Notes under the pieces: model-generated
Seen by the model: the letters and a program-made list of their open reading frames with translations, nothing else
Told to the model about the DNA's origin: nothing
Databases searched by the model: none
Program-made: the position numbers and the translations under genes
Shown here: in pieces, positions 8,573-19,004 of the stretch
Layout of the letters: every line of letters begins with the position of its first letter
Position numbering within the stretch: position 1 is the stretch's first letter
Virus record (IMG/VR): IMGVR_UViG_3300042453_000205
Location: 1 to 25,772 of that record
From: a virus
Taxonomy: Duplodnaviria; Caudoviricetes
Direction: 5' to 3' (one strand)
Length of the DNA stretch: 25,772 bases

Positions 8573-8694
8573 AGCAACCCACCCTTCTATTCGTTGTAGT
8601 CGCAAGCCTCAAGTCAATTCGGGGAAATTGGTTGGCTCTTGCTATCGGTCTTATACACTGCGCGAGGGCCGATGGATCCGCGTCAGGATTCTAT
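8573..8694 (-). ncRNA. Putative structured cis-regulatory leader of the scaffold/capsid genes
   Basis: 122-nt GC-richer gap in an otherwise gapless operon with several self-complementary segments (see findings). Confidence 0.5.
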
Positions 8695-10005
8695 TTATAC
8701 GTTGGTTATGCTGCTTAGTGCGCCTTTGGCTAGACCAGATTGTTTACGGAATTGTGCTGTTTCAAGTTCTGTTAGTCTCTGTCTCTTGCGAGCCGCTGAT
8801 GCTAAACCTTGTAATTGTTCTTGTTCTGCTTCCAGTCTACCATATTGCTCTTCAGTTCCACCATAGATAGAACTTAATTTTTCAGCAGTTGGTAATACTT
8901 GTGCAATATTTCTATATGCTGTTTCTGCCTGGGCTTTAGTTACTCCTTGGCGTCCCAATACATCAGCACCTACTGTACCTCTAGTAACATTAGTATATCC
9001 TACATTTGCCTGATCTTCAGTTGCAGCAAGTTCGCTAGCAACCAATCCTTGACGAAGTGCAGCGCCACCAATTTCAGCAGCCTTAACCTTTCTTTCTAGT
9101 GCAGGTAATTGATTTGTTGTATCAAGCATACCAGCAACTATATCATTAAAGCCTAATGATGAGAAGAATTTATTAAATGTAGACTGAACTGCTTGGTCAT
9201 TTAATACTCTATCGTATCCTAATTGAACCCTATCAGTTACCTCTGCTATATCAAGATCTCCCCTAATGAATGTATCATAGTAACTTTGAGTATTAAATGT
9301 AGGTAGATTATAGGCATTGAATACCTTCATGTATCCTTGTTCTAATTTTAAGTATTCTCCTGGAGATAGAACTGGCTTACCAGCCTTTAATCTGTCAGCA
9401 TTGGCAGCAAATCTTTCATTAAATTTAGCATTGTACCTGGAGTCAAATTGTAATAATGTTAATACATCTTCACTGCTAGCCTCTGGATATTCATCACGAA
9501 TAGTTTCTAGCACTGAAGCAAGTCCGGTAATTCTGTATGATTCAAGAATTTTACCAATGGTATCATATGCTACGTTTGCAGATTTTTGTTTCTCATCTTC
9601 ATATATAGCGCTAGGAACATTCACTATCATTGCATTATACCTATCAACATCTGACATTGCTTGGGTATATACTTGACCTTGTTCTATAGCCATTGTTCTT
9701 TGCTCTGGGGTAATGCTAGCAAGGTTTGCTTTTTGTGCAGCCGAAGCCGTTTTTGCATCTGCAAGTGCTTTGTTTATTTGAGCCTGTGATGATTTTGGAT
9801 TATTAATTACAGCCATTGCTGCTTGAGTGGCTTTGTTAATTCCAGCAATACCAGCAACGGTTTGCTTAAGTACTGGCTTACGAGCAGCATCGGCTGCTGC
9901 GGCTTTAGCCTGTGCTTCTACAATCTTTGCTTGAGCGGCAGCATTCTGTTGTTGAGCGGCAGCAATTTGTGCTTGATTAGTAACTTTTTTACCTGGAGTC
10001 GCCAT
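8695..10005 (-). CDS. Probable internal virion (ejection) protein
   Basis: 436 aa, Ala/Gln-rich, helical-looking; in the morphogenesis operon; function inferred. Confidence 0.55.
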   Translation of the reverse strand: MATPGKKVTNQAQIAAAQQQNAAAQAKIVEAQAKAAAADAARKPVLKQTVAGIAGINKATQAAMAVINNPKSSQAQINKALADAKTASAAQKANLASITPEQRTMAIEQGQVYTQAMSDVDRYNAMIVNVPSAIYEDEKQKSANVAYDTIGKILESYRITGLASVLETIRDEYPEASSEDVLTLLQFDSRYNAKFNERFAANADRLKAGKPVLSPGEYLKLEQGYMKVFNAYNLPTFNTQSYYDTFIRGDLDIAEVTDRVQLGYDRVLNDQAVQSTFNKFFSSLGFNDIVAGMLDTTNQLPALERKVKAAEIGGAALRQGLVASELAATEDQANVGYTNVTRGTVGADVLGRQGVTKAQAETAYRNIAQVLPTAEKLSSIYGGTEEQYGRLEAEQEQLQGLASAARKRQRLTELETAQFRKQSGLAKGALSSITNV

Positions 10006-10012
10006 TGCTTCC

Positions 10013-11323
10013 TTATCCTATGTTAAATGCTTTAAGTAATGTCTGCAAATCACCCAAGGAACGTTGCTTATATGCATCTGTTTTCTTGAACTCTGGGCTT
10101 TTATAAAGTTGTTTCTTATAGTCTTGTATAGATAATGGAGCAGGACCTGAACCAATTTCATACATATCAGATACCTTAATTTGATCTGCAGGTATACCAA
10201 GCACTTGTGATCTAGTATTTATCCAAGGAGATAATACTTCTCTAGCATTTTTACCCTGTGCAAACAGATCCTTAAATGCTGGCATAACCGTGCTAGCCTG
10301 CATCATAACACCATCAATTACATTCTTATATGCATCAGCACTTCTTAATGATTGAACTGCCTTATTATAAATATCTTTTTCATTAGTCGGAATACCATTA
10401 TCATCATAAGCACTTCTAATGCTTCTAACAACTCGGCCTAAAGATCCTTTATCTATAGCCCCTGGGGTTAATCCAGTCTGGCTAATATTATATACTTCAT
10501 TGGCTTTTCTTTGAATATACTTTAAAAGAATATCTTCTTTTTGCTGAGCAGTTATTCCTGCTGGAGATGATTCAAGCGCATTAACTTCTTTAGCATAAGA
10601 TTTAATTAATTTAGCATCTGCTTGAGTTTCAAACAAATCTAAAAACTTATCATTTAGTTCTGCCTCTATAGCGGCTAAAGATGTAACTGCCTTGGCTTTA
10701 GTAGTAACTCTACCAAAATACTTAGATGCTAATACAGGATTCGATATAAGATTACTTAGGGTAGCATTTGGTGTTGGGTCACCTAATTGATCTTGAATTC
10801 CTAAAATACCCTCTAGTGCTGTAGCATCTGCTGGTCGCCATATTATTCTATTACCCATACTCTGTACATATGCAGGAGTAGGTGCTTGACCACTAGGATA
10901 TAAGTTGGGAACTTGCCCTAACCTAAGAAGTAATGCTGCTTTTTCTGCAGTACTTTGACTAGCAAGAAATTTTTCTGCATCACCTTTATTTGCAGATGCA
11001 GTAGTATAACTTGGAGCAAAAGTTGAACCTGATGGAATTCCGGAAAAGCCACCTGAAGTAGTTTCGCTAACACCAGCCCTTATGGGAGTTCCTATAGGTA
11101 ATCCTAGTAAGCCTTTACTTTCAGTTGAACCACCTGCTGGAGCATTTGTATTCTGTGCATCTAGGCTAGGAGTCATAGTAGTTGACTCTGTTGGCTTTTC
11201 ATTTTTATCTCTTACGGCAGAGATACCAAATGCGGCTGCTGCTGCGCCTGCAATTTTACCTTTTTTAGATTTAGGTACAACTTTTTTAGCAACAGTCTTA
11301 GCAATAGGTACAAGTGATGACAT
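10013..11323 (-). CDS. Probable internal virion (ejection) protein
   Basis: 436 aa; basic N-terminus followed by the hydrophobic stretch IAGAAAAAFGISAV; function inferred from context. Confidence 0.55.
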   Translation of the reverse strand: MSSLVPIAKTVAKKVVPKSKKGKIAGAAAAAFGISAVRDKNEKPTESTTMTPSLDAQNTNAPAGGSTESKGLLGLPIGTPIRAGVSETTSGGFSGIPSGSTFAPSYTTASANKGDAEKFLASQSTAEKAALLLRLGQVPNLYPSGQAPTPAYVQSMGNRIIWRPADATALEGILGIQDQLGDPTPNATLSNLISNPVLASKYFGRVTTKAKAVTSLAAIEAELNDKFLDLFETQADAKLIKSYAKEVNALESSPAGITAQQKEDILLKYIQRKANEVYNISQTGLTPGAIDKGSLGRVVRSIRSAYDDNGIPTNEKDIYNKAVQSLRSADAYKNVIDGVMMQASTVMPAFKDLFAQGKNAREVLSPWINTRSQVLGIPADQIKVSDMYEIGSGPAPLSIQDYKKQLYKSPEFKKTDAYKQRSLGDLQTLLKAFNIG

Positions 11324-11329
11324 ACTAGA

Positions 11330-14300
11330 TTAACCTTCCAATTCTTTTTTAAAGAATGAATAATATAATTTCTGGAAATCAGGGTATTTCTTTATAATAT
11401 CAAGTGCTTGTTGAGCAAGCCATTCTCTTTGAGGTAGGCTAGATTGATTCTTTAAAGATACTCTACCACTAGCAGTAATTGCTTTATCTCTTAAATGCAA
11501 GTAATCTCTTAAACCATTAACGGCTTCAGAGTCTATGAATCTTTCATCATATGCTGCCTGTTTTAATTGAGCAAGGATTCTTGGTTCCTTAGTAGCATCA
11601 AATATGACTTTACGATTACGCATTTCATATGAATCGCCCAGATCTTGCAGTGCTTTTTGAGTTCTCTTAGAGTCCCAAGTCTCACCTACAGAACGTGCTA
11701 ATAACCTATCTTTAGCAGCATAGTAGCGAACATTAGTCGCCTTTTCTAGAATCTCTTGAGAAGATAATTTTTCACGCTTCTTATTACGCACTTGCCATCT
11801 ATACAATTCTTGAGAGAATCCACCATTAGGATAAAAGTAACCATATACATCAGAGTATTGGTCAACCACAGTAGGATCTCTTTGGATTAAATCATATGTA
11901 TAAAGATTATTAGGGCCACCAGATGTTGCTGATATTATAGCAAATACTTGCTCTGGACCATATATATCTAGAAAGTCTGCATATGCTTTGTTTCTATTAG
12001 ATCCATTAGCCTGCTCTAAAGTTCTGAAATCAGAGTATAATGATGAGGCTAATAAAAGATTTCCATCTTTATCATTGGTTAAATCTTTTGGTTGAATAGC
12101 AACTGGAGATACGAAACCAAATAAACCTCGCATCAACATAAAGTATTGAGCAAATCTATTTGTATCTGTAATTAACTTGCTTTGATCGGCTGGATCATCT
12201 ATATTATAATCGCCACTTGATGCAAGATAATTCATAATCGGAGAGAATGATGAAGCATAAGATTCTTGTGAACCTGTTATTCCAGCAAATACTCTTCCTA
12301 TATTTCCGCTGGTCACTGAACCTATGGCCTGAGATGCTATACTTAAATCTGCTTGACCAAATGGATATATGAATTTATACATCTCATCTTTCCACGCAGG
12401 TGGAAGCATATCTAGAGGATTCTTATTTGTACTATCTAGTGCAGTTAAACCTAGAGAAATTCCAGGTCCAAATCCAGGAAGTACAATTCCAGATCCAAGT
12501 GCGAAGTTAAAAGATTGAGGGCTAGCACCAGCAGCAAAAGGACCCTTTAGGCTAAGGTCGCCTTTGAATAGGTTCGTCATAAAATTCATACCAGTTGACA
12601 TAAACGGTACAAAGAAATTACGTTGACCACTTAAAGGATCTGTAAAAAAGAATCCTTGATTTGGGTCATAATAATCTTTAGCATCTGTTACTTCATATAA
12701 TGCAGATGATTCTGGTGAGTTAAGCCAGTTTAAATTTCTTGATATCTTATATACTTGATCTGGATTATCAAATGAAAGTTTAGACCATTTGGCAATAGTA
12801 TCGCTCCAAGCGTTTCCGAATGGTGCAATTAATCTTAATTGATGCCATATTAAACGTCTCTTTGATGCGTTATAAAATAATTCTTTTGTATGATTGCTTG
12901 CAATCTTAGAAGCATATTCGTGGATCTCATCAATCGTTAGTGGACCATCACCTTTTGCTTTATTAAGAATGTTCCAAGCAGCGTGCTTATCACCAATTCT
13001 AATACCATTAGGGTTAACTAGTGGGCGTAAAGATTTATCTGCTGTCTCTTTTAATAATTTTAAAGCATTGGAGTCTGCTGATAAAGCCATAGTTCTTACT
13101 ACGTCCCAGTATTTTTGACGCCATTCAGGACCCATAGTAGTTGTCTTCTCAAGCCTAATAGTAAAATCAAAGAAGTTGTCTACCCACTTAGGGCCACCCT
13201 CACCTTTAGATATAACGGTTGTAGGGTCTGATACTTTGAATCTTATTCCAGCCCAATTGCCTTGGCCTTTAAATACTTTTTCTAATTGTTCAGCAAATTC
13301 TTCATTAGCATCTTTAATTGACTTACGATTCTTAGAAACTTCCTGAGCATTCTTAACAGAGTTTCTTGCACTATCTGCAGCAGTAGGAACTTTCAAAGAA
13401 TAACCAGCAGTCTCAAATGAACCATCAGAAATTAATTTACGTATTGCTGAAGAAGCAGGTCCACCTTGACCAGCAACTTCTTCTATACGTGATCTTAAAG
13501 ATGCGGCTCTACCATTTGAAGTAACTCCGTCAAATAAGTAGGTACGAGCACCTTGGTCAGTTAATAACCAGGCTTTAGTCTCTTCATTTCTAGCATTAAC
13601 AAATCTAGTCCAAGCATCTTTACCTTGACCTCTTAATAGATAATCAATAGTTGCTTGTTCGTAACCTGGTTGTGTTCTTGCAACCGCTTTAGCAATAGGG
13701 CTGGCTTGTAGCATACGAATTTCGTTTGCAATACCTTCCCAAAATCTTGGCTCATCTACCTGAACGTTTTTGTATCCTCTTAAAGTAGATACTCTTTGAG
13801 TTTCATTAGCAGCACCAATTGCTTGGCTCTGCATAAAATCCATATATTTAAAGCCTTGATCGTGTGCCATTGATTCAAACAATAATTCATCTGCAGAATT
13901 GGCTAATTTAAATTGAGTTCCAAATACTGTGTGCCTATATGGATCAAATGTGTTTAAAAGAGATTTCCATTTAGGTCCACCCTCACGCCCTAACCACATT
14001 CCTATAGCCATAGCAGGATTATTAAAAAAAGATACGTGGCCAGTAGCCATAACTCGTATCTGCTCTTCAGTAATGTTACGGATTACATAAGCAGGTCTAG
14101 TTAAAACTACCTTTTTCCAGAAATTGCTAGTAAACCAATCTGCTGGCTTGATAAGTTTATTAGATAAACCACCAGTAGCCTTAGACAACTTACTAATTTT
14201 TGATATTTCCAACATAATATCTGTAGCAGATGGGAAATAAACCATAGAATTTAAAAACTCTGAGTCTAAATGTGGACCACTAAGTGTAAACTTCTTGCCA

Positions 14301-16210
14301 TTAGCAATTACAAAATCTATTTCTGCTCCACTAGCATGAAGTTCAGCCCAGTATGCTGACTGCGTTTTACGTTCAGCATCAAATACTTTAGTTAATTTTC
14401 TCAACCCTGCATCATCTATACCAGCCTTAGCAAAAGCAACCTTGTTAGATTCAAATATGGCGTCAAATAATTTGGTCACACCCTTGAATCCAGCAACGGA
14501 TGCATCTGTTGAAAATGCAATCTCATCTATAATTGAATCGATAACTTTTTCATCTACCTTAGTAGATCGTCCATAGTTAATTATTGTTTCAATTAATGCA
14601 TCTTTGTCGGCATAGTGTACAAATGAACCACTAAGCGGAACATATGTAGAATAAGATTTACTTAATCCAGTTAATGTCTTCTGAATGAATGGTACTTTGC
14701 GAATACCTTTTGCGGCCCAACCTGTAATACCCTCTGCTGGACGAGCCAATTTACCAGGAACAATTTTATTTAAGAATCTACTAGTAGTAGTTCCTGTCTC
14801 TAAAAGATTTTGTGCAACATCACCATTTGCTATATATGGAGCAATTGCTCTTAATACTTCTTCTCTACTTGTAGCGGCAGCCAAAACTCTTGCTTGCTCT
14901 TGGGTAAATCCAAGTTTGCCACCCACCTTACTAATTTTGTAGATTTGTTTCCAGTCATTTAATTCAACAATAGCATCTACAATGTGAGATCCATTGCTAC
15001 CACTTATAAACGCAGCAATTGGTTCATAATTTATTTCTTTAGATAATACTGTAGCAAACTCTGATTCTATTTTAGTTTGCTCTGCAAGTGCGGCTCTATA
15101 GTTAGTAATCTTTTGACCAGTTGTCATGCCATTGAAAACGTTCATTTGAGCAAGAGATTCTTCGACTGCCTTTTGAGCCTCATCAACTTGAGTCTCTAGC
15201 ATTGTAAGTCTTTGCATTTGCTTGCCTGGTAAAACACCAGCATTAAATGCTTTTGCTTGTTCTAATTGTTTTTTAAGTCTAGCGGCTCTAGCATATGCTG
15301 ATGTAGGATCTGATATAACCATTATTCCTAGTTCACCAAGAGCATTAATAAATCTTGCATTACTCTCATCAAGTCCAAGTCCTTTTGTAATAACAAAAGA
15401 TACTGGATCTACAGGAGAGTATGGTCTATATATAAGATTACCTTCGGCGTCTTTTACTTGCTCACCGTTTTGGTAAACTGGAATTTTAGCATACTTCATT
15501 TTTTCTTGGCGTGCTTTAAACCCAGCACCCATTTCTTCACTAGGAAAAAATCCTTGACCTAGATCAATTCTACCTTCATCAATAAGTTGCTTGCCTGCTT
15601 GGAATGCTGTAGTCTGCTTAAGTGGAATTATTGGATTAAGGGCTATATTAAGTAATTCTTTTTCGGAAGTTAATCCAAGACTTTCTCTTGTCTCATTCGG
15701 ATCAGTTGGCTTACCATCCCAAGTTAATTTTCCTTGAGCCTGAAGTTGGAACTCTTTTGCAACTAAACCAATTGTGTTACCAAGTCCACTAAACCAAGTT
15801 TCAATTGGAGTAGTAAGTGCTAATCCAGTATTACGAATTGCTCCTTTAAAACCAGTCCAGGCTTTACCCCAGATCTTTTTCTGAAACTCTTCGTTGGAAA
15901 TTCTTTGTGCTTCTTTAAATTGATCTTGATATCTTTTAGCAGCGGTTTGTCTATCTATTTCAACAAAGGTATCTACTAGTGGGCTAGATCCAATGTTTCC
16001 ATTTTTATATAATCCAGCAATAACTCCAGCAGAAATATCTGTATTTTTTGATATGGCTGCACGAGCAGCAGCCCCCTGGGGACCAGTTAAAAATTGTGTT
16101 GCTTGAACAACCTCATTGTAATCAAATTGATTCTGAGATATTTCACGCTCTTGAATACCTTCAAGTACATAGTTTCCATTAGCGTCTTTTTTAATATTGG
16201 GAAGAGACAC
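11330..16210 (-). CDS. Large probable internal virion / DNA-ejection protein
   Basis: 1626 aa, GTG start overlapping the upstream TAG; size and context resemble the large ejection proteins of podoviruses; no catalytic motif recognised. Confidence 0.6.
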   Translation of the reverse strand: MSLPNIKKDANGNYVLEGIQEREISQNQFDYNEVVQATQFLTGPQGAAARAAISKNTDISAGVIAGLYKNGNIGSSPLVDTFVEIDRQTAAKRYQDQFKEAQRISNEEFQKKIWGKAWTGFKGAIRNTGLALTTPIETWFSGLGNTIGLVAKEFQLQAQGKLTWDGKPTDPNETRESLGLTSEKELLNIALNPIIPLKQTTAFQAGKQLIDEGRIDLGQGFFPSEEMGAGFKARQEKMKYAKIPVYQNGEQVKDAEGNLIYRPYSPVDPVSFVITKGLGLDESNARFINALGELGIMVISDPTSAYARAARLKKQLEQAKAFNAGVLPGKQMQRLTMLETQVDEAQKAVEESLAQMNVFNGMTTGQKITNYRAALAEQTKIESEFATVLSKEINYEPIAAFISGSNGSHIVDAIVELNDWKQIYKISKVGGKLGFTQEQARVLAAATSREEVLRAIAPYIANGDVAQNLLETGTTTSRFLNKIVPGKLARPAEGITGWAAKGIRKVPFIQKTLTGLSKSYSTYVPLSGSFVHYADKDALIETIINYGRSTKVDEKVIDSIIDEIAFSTDASVAGFKGVTKLFDAIFESNKVAFAKAGIDDAGLRKLTKVFDAERKTQSAYWAELHASGAEIDFVIANGKKFTLSGPHLDSEFLNSMVYFPSATDIMLEISKISKLSKATGGLSNKLIKPADWFTSNFWKKVVLTRPAYVIRNITEEQIRVMATGHVSFFNNPAMAIGMWLGREGGPKWKSLLNTFDPYRHTVFGTQFKLANSADELLFESMAHDQGFKYMDFMQSQAIGAANETQRVSTLRGYKNVQVDEPRFWEGIANEIRMLQASPIAKAVARTQPGYEQATIDYLLRGQGKDAWTRFVNARNEETKAWLLTDQGARTYLFDGVTSNGRAASLRSRIEEVAGQGGPASSAIRKLISDGSFETAGYSLKVPTAADSARNSVKNAQEVSKNRKSIKDANEEFAEQLEKVFKGQGNWAGIRFKVSDPTTVISKGEGGPKWVDNFFDFTIRLEKTTTMGPEWRQKYWDVVRTMALSADSNALKLLKETADKSLRPLVNPNGIRIGDKHAAWNILNKAKGDGPLTIDEIHEYASKIASNHTKELFYNASKRRLIWHQLRLIAPFGNAWSDTIAKWSKLSFDNPDQVYKISRNLNWLNSPESSALYEVTDAKDYYDPNQGFFFTDPLSGQRNFFVPFMSTGMNFMTNLFKGDLSLKGPFAAGASPQSFNFALGSGIVLPGFGPGISLGLTALDSTNKNPLDMLPPAWKDEMYKFIYPFGQADLSIASQAIGSVTSGNIGRVFAGITGSQESYASSFSPIMNYLASSGDYNIDDPADQSKLITDTNRFAQYFMLMRGLFGFVSPVAIQPKDLTNDKDGNLLLASSLYSDFRTLEQANGSNRNKAYADFLDIYGPEQVFAIISATSGGPNNLYTYDLIQRDPTVVDQYSDVYGYFYPNGGFSQELYRWQVRNKKREKLSSQEILEKATNVRYYAAKDRLLARSVGETWDSKRTQKALQDLGDSYEMRNRKVIFDATKEPRILAQLKQAAYDERFIDSEAVNGLRDYLHLRDKAITASGRVSLKNQSSLPQREWLAQQALDIIKKYPDFQKLYYSFFKKELEG

Positions 16211-16644
16211 TAGATCCTGCCTTCAGCGCTCAAATACTCCAACATACGACGAACATCTTCATTGCTTGGATCTTGAAGATATAGTGCCTGAATTAATTTT
16301 GCTGAATTATCTGGTTGTTGCTGAGGTACCATTGCTGGCAACATAGGTTCTTGATCTAAATTATTTGTAATTGGAACATCAGGTCTTTGTGTAGGAGCAG
16401 TTAATGGAATAACTGGTGTAAACTGAGGTGCAGAAGCCACAGGTTGTGCAGTAGCGGCAACAGGGTTACCAGCCATAGGTGCAGAAGTTTGTTGCTCCAT
16501 TTGTGCTTGACCTTGTCCGTAGGCTAAGCCTGACATATAGCGTGCAGGTTGTGTACCTGATTGTCCTGCTCCACCAGTTGCTGATATGTTTGCAGGATTA
16601 TTCTGTGGTGCAGTTGGACGATAACCGCCTCTGTTCTCTGCCAT
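16210..16644 (-). CDS. Pro/Gln-rich hypothetical virion-module protein
   Basis: 144 aa, AGGAGG RBS, low-complexity P/Q/A content. Confidence 0.75.
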   Translation of the reverse strand: MAENRGGYRPTAPQNNPANISATGGAGQSGTQPARYMSGLAYGQGQAQMEQQTSAPMAGNPVAATAQPVASAPQFTPVIPLTAPTQRPDVPITNNLDQEPMLPAMVPQQQPDNSAKLIQALYLQDPSNEDVRRMLEYLSAEGRI

Positions 16645-16652
16645 AGTTCCTC

Positions 16653-17195
16653 CTACTTAATTTTTCTAGGTTGTTCTTTTGATATATATGGACCTGCAGT
16701 AAATGCAGTTAATCTAGATGCAATCTCCATTGCTTCATAAGCATCTGCTCCTGCATATATTGCACCTAGTGCATATGCTGCTCCTGAGCCTGCAGCGTAT
16801 ACTCCATCTGCAGATTTACTTATTGATAACTCTTGGTCAACATCAAAGATTTCTCCACCTACAGCCATAATAAACTGAAAGCGAGTTTCTTTAGTATCTT
16901 CATCAAAGTTATAGCCATTATCTGTCATACACTTACGAAGAGATGGCATTGCCTTTACAATCATAAATCGATAAAGATCTTCTTTGTCTTGTTTTGTAGG
17001 AACTGGTGGTTCCCAAATATGTTGTACTATGTCACAGGCTAAAGTTTCTCCAGAACCTGCAATTAAAAATGAACCGTTTTCGGTAATCTTTTTAACTTCA
17101 GGATGAGAATAAATTTTACCATCTGCATCAGTCGTTTGACTGTCAGCAACTATAAAACATTTATCCTTGTGTTCTATTCCGATAATCGTTGTCAT
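16653..17195 (-). CDS. Proteasome beta-subunit / HslV-like Ntn threonine protease
   Basis: M-TTIIG start gives an N-terminal Thr nucleophile; ADSQTT (Asp17), KKI (Lys33 equivalent), AGSG and AAGSGAAYALG motifs. Confidence 0.85.
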   Translation of the reverse strand: MTTIIGIEHKDKCFIVADSQTTDADGKIYSHPEVKKITENGSFLIAGSGETLACDIVQHIWEPPVPTKQDKEDLYRFMIVKAMPSLRKCMTDNGYNFDEDTKETRFQFIMAVGGEIFDVDQELSISKSADGVYAAGSGAAYALGAIYAGADAYEAMEIASRLTAFTAGPYISKEQPRKIK

Positions 17196-17209
17196 TGTCC
17201 CCTACCTAC

Positions 17210-18997
17210 TTATCGTCGTCGAATAGTTCTTACGCTTGCGTTTGCTTCTCCGCCTGATGTTAGGCTAGATAAAAGACTTTGAATTTCTGGTGCTACTTCT
17301 GCCGGTGGTAATTCTGCCATACCTTGTTCAGGTGTAGGACCTCCTACTGGGGCAGCAACGGGAGCAGGGGACGTTTGCTCAACCTGAGAAGGTGCGCCAG
17401 CAGGAGGAACTTGTTGCGCTTGAGGCGCGAATATCTCTTCAATTGCATCCTCTATTGCTTGTCCCTTTTGTCGTGACTTAATGACTTCAGCAATCTTTCT
17501 AACAATGTCAGAAGGATCCTGGCCACCAGCGGCCATTTGTGGAATGGCTTGTGTGTATGCTTGGAGTGAACCGATAAGAGCATTACGCATATCTTCAATT
17601 TCAATTTTCTCTTGCTCTTGTGTAACATTGACATTAAATGGTAACTCTCTCATCGCCATGTCCTTAGAGATTAACTTGCCTCCAAGAGCCTGTAACATAA
17701 ATATAAGTCCTTGTGCTGGGTTTAATCCTGCAAGCATTCCGTAACGTACATCAGCAGAATAATCTTTCTTGATATCTTTACTTGGCTTGTACTCTAATGC
17801 GTAAGGTGAACCAGCATCTACACCACGAATTGTTTTAACTTCATCAAAGAACATCTCATCAACCTCAAAGCAAAGGCTAATAACATCACGAAGTGCTGTA
17901 GCAAAGATTGCTTGGGCTGATTTAACTTGTGTATCAAATGCTCCCATAAGAGCCTGTACACCTTGACCAGTAACAATGGAAGCGTCGATGTTACCAGTAC
18001 GTCCCTCTGGATAACGAGCACCGACGCGTAACTCTTGATTTAATAACTGTTGCTCAGTGAATGCGCCTTGTGGTATTGAAAGTTCTACACGGCGTACACC
18101 TGCTGGATTAGAGGTACGAATAACCGCATCTCCACCCAACTGTAGTTCTTGTACATCTTGTGGAAGTACAATAGGAGCCTGTACAGATTTCTCTGCAGCC
18201 TCCATAGCCAACATAGCAAAACGATTACGAAGTAATTGGATTCCCAATACATCATCAAATTGTCCACGCATTTCACCATCAATAGATGGGCGCTTGGCAA
18301 CTACAACCATCATCTTGCCTAGCGGATTACGTGCTTGAGATAAAATTAAATTTTGTCTAGATGGTATATATACAACAGATTGGTCTTTATCATAGTAGCG
18401 GATAATTTCAATCAAGTTGTTTATGTCTTGCTTGAATCCAGATGGGCCAAGTAGTTGACCTTCATACTCTGGGAATTGTGCTACAAGTTCACCAAGTGTA
18501 AGTGTGTATCGCTTTGCAAATGCAATGCATCGTCCATAGCGATCAAATTCAGGATAAGCCATCCTTGGGTTTTCTAGGCGGATGCGAGGCAGTTTTGCTT
18601 CCTGGTCCAATTCAATTACGAATGGTAGGAATCCATATGTTATGTAGTGGTCCGCCCCTGTGTACATAGAAACTTGTAAATCGGAATGATTAAAATAGTT
18701 AGAAGCAATACGAGTACGATTGTCAGCAAACCTACGAGCACGATCATTGACCTGGTTAGCGGATGAACAGTTAACCGCAGGAAGCGGTGCCATAACCTCT
18801 GAAAGATCTCTGGCAACGATATCAATAAAATTTGCCACGACATTTGTATCTACACCCTCAGGGAAAAAATCAGGATAAACTTCAGAGATTTTACCTTGAC
18901 GCACAGCAAGTACATCGCCTGCTCTAGCATCGCGCTCAGAAGCACGGTACTGAAGTGATTGAACCCTTGATGCAATCTGGTCTATTGATAAAGCCAT
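17210..18997 (-). CDS. Portal protein
   Basis: 595 aa, immediately after the terminase; helical, with a P/Q-rich disordered C-terminus as in podoviral portals. Confidence 0.8.
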   Translation of the reverse strand: MALSIDQIASRVQSLQYRASERDARAGDVLAVRQGKISEVYPDFFPEGVDTNVVANFIDIVARDLSEVMAPLPAVNCSSANQVNDRARRFADNRTRIASNYFNHSDLQVSMYTGADHYITYGFLPFVIELDQEAKLPRIRLENPRMAYPEFDRYGRCIAFAKRYTLTLGELVAQFPEYEGQLLGPSGFKQDINNLIEIIRYYDKDQSVVYIPSRQNLILSQARNPLGKMMVVVAKRPSIDGEMRGQFDDVLGIQLLRNRFAMLAMEAAEKSVQAPIVLPQDVQELQLGGDAVIRTSNPAGVRRVELSIPQGAFTEQQLLNQELRVGARYPEGRTGNIDASIVTGQGVQALMGAFDTQVKSAQAIFATALRDVISLCFEVDEMFFDEVKTIRGVDAGSPYALEYKPSKDIKKDYSADVRYGMLAGLNPAQGLIFMLQALGGKLISKDMAMRELPFNVNVTQEQEKIEIEDMRNALIGSLQAYTQAIPQMAAGGQDPSDIVRKIAEVIKSRQKGQAIEDAIEEIFAPQAQQVPPAGAPSQVEQTSPAPVAAPVGGPTPEQGMAELPPAEVAPEIQSLLSSLTSGGEANASVRTIRRR

Positions 18998-19004
18998 TTA
19001 TATC

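Noticed and set aside
8573-8870. Extended scaffold start (8605) and plus-strand ORFs 8562-8870 and 8639-8866
   Set aside because: The ATG at 8572 has the RBS; the plus-strand ORFs are antisense to the late operon and lack recognisable features
11330-16210. Virion RNA polymerase or tape-measure identity for the 1626-aa protein
   Set aside because: No polymerase catalytic motifs or periodic tape-measure repeats recognised; left as a probable ejection protein
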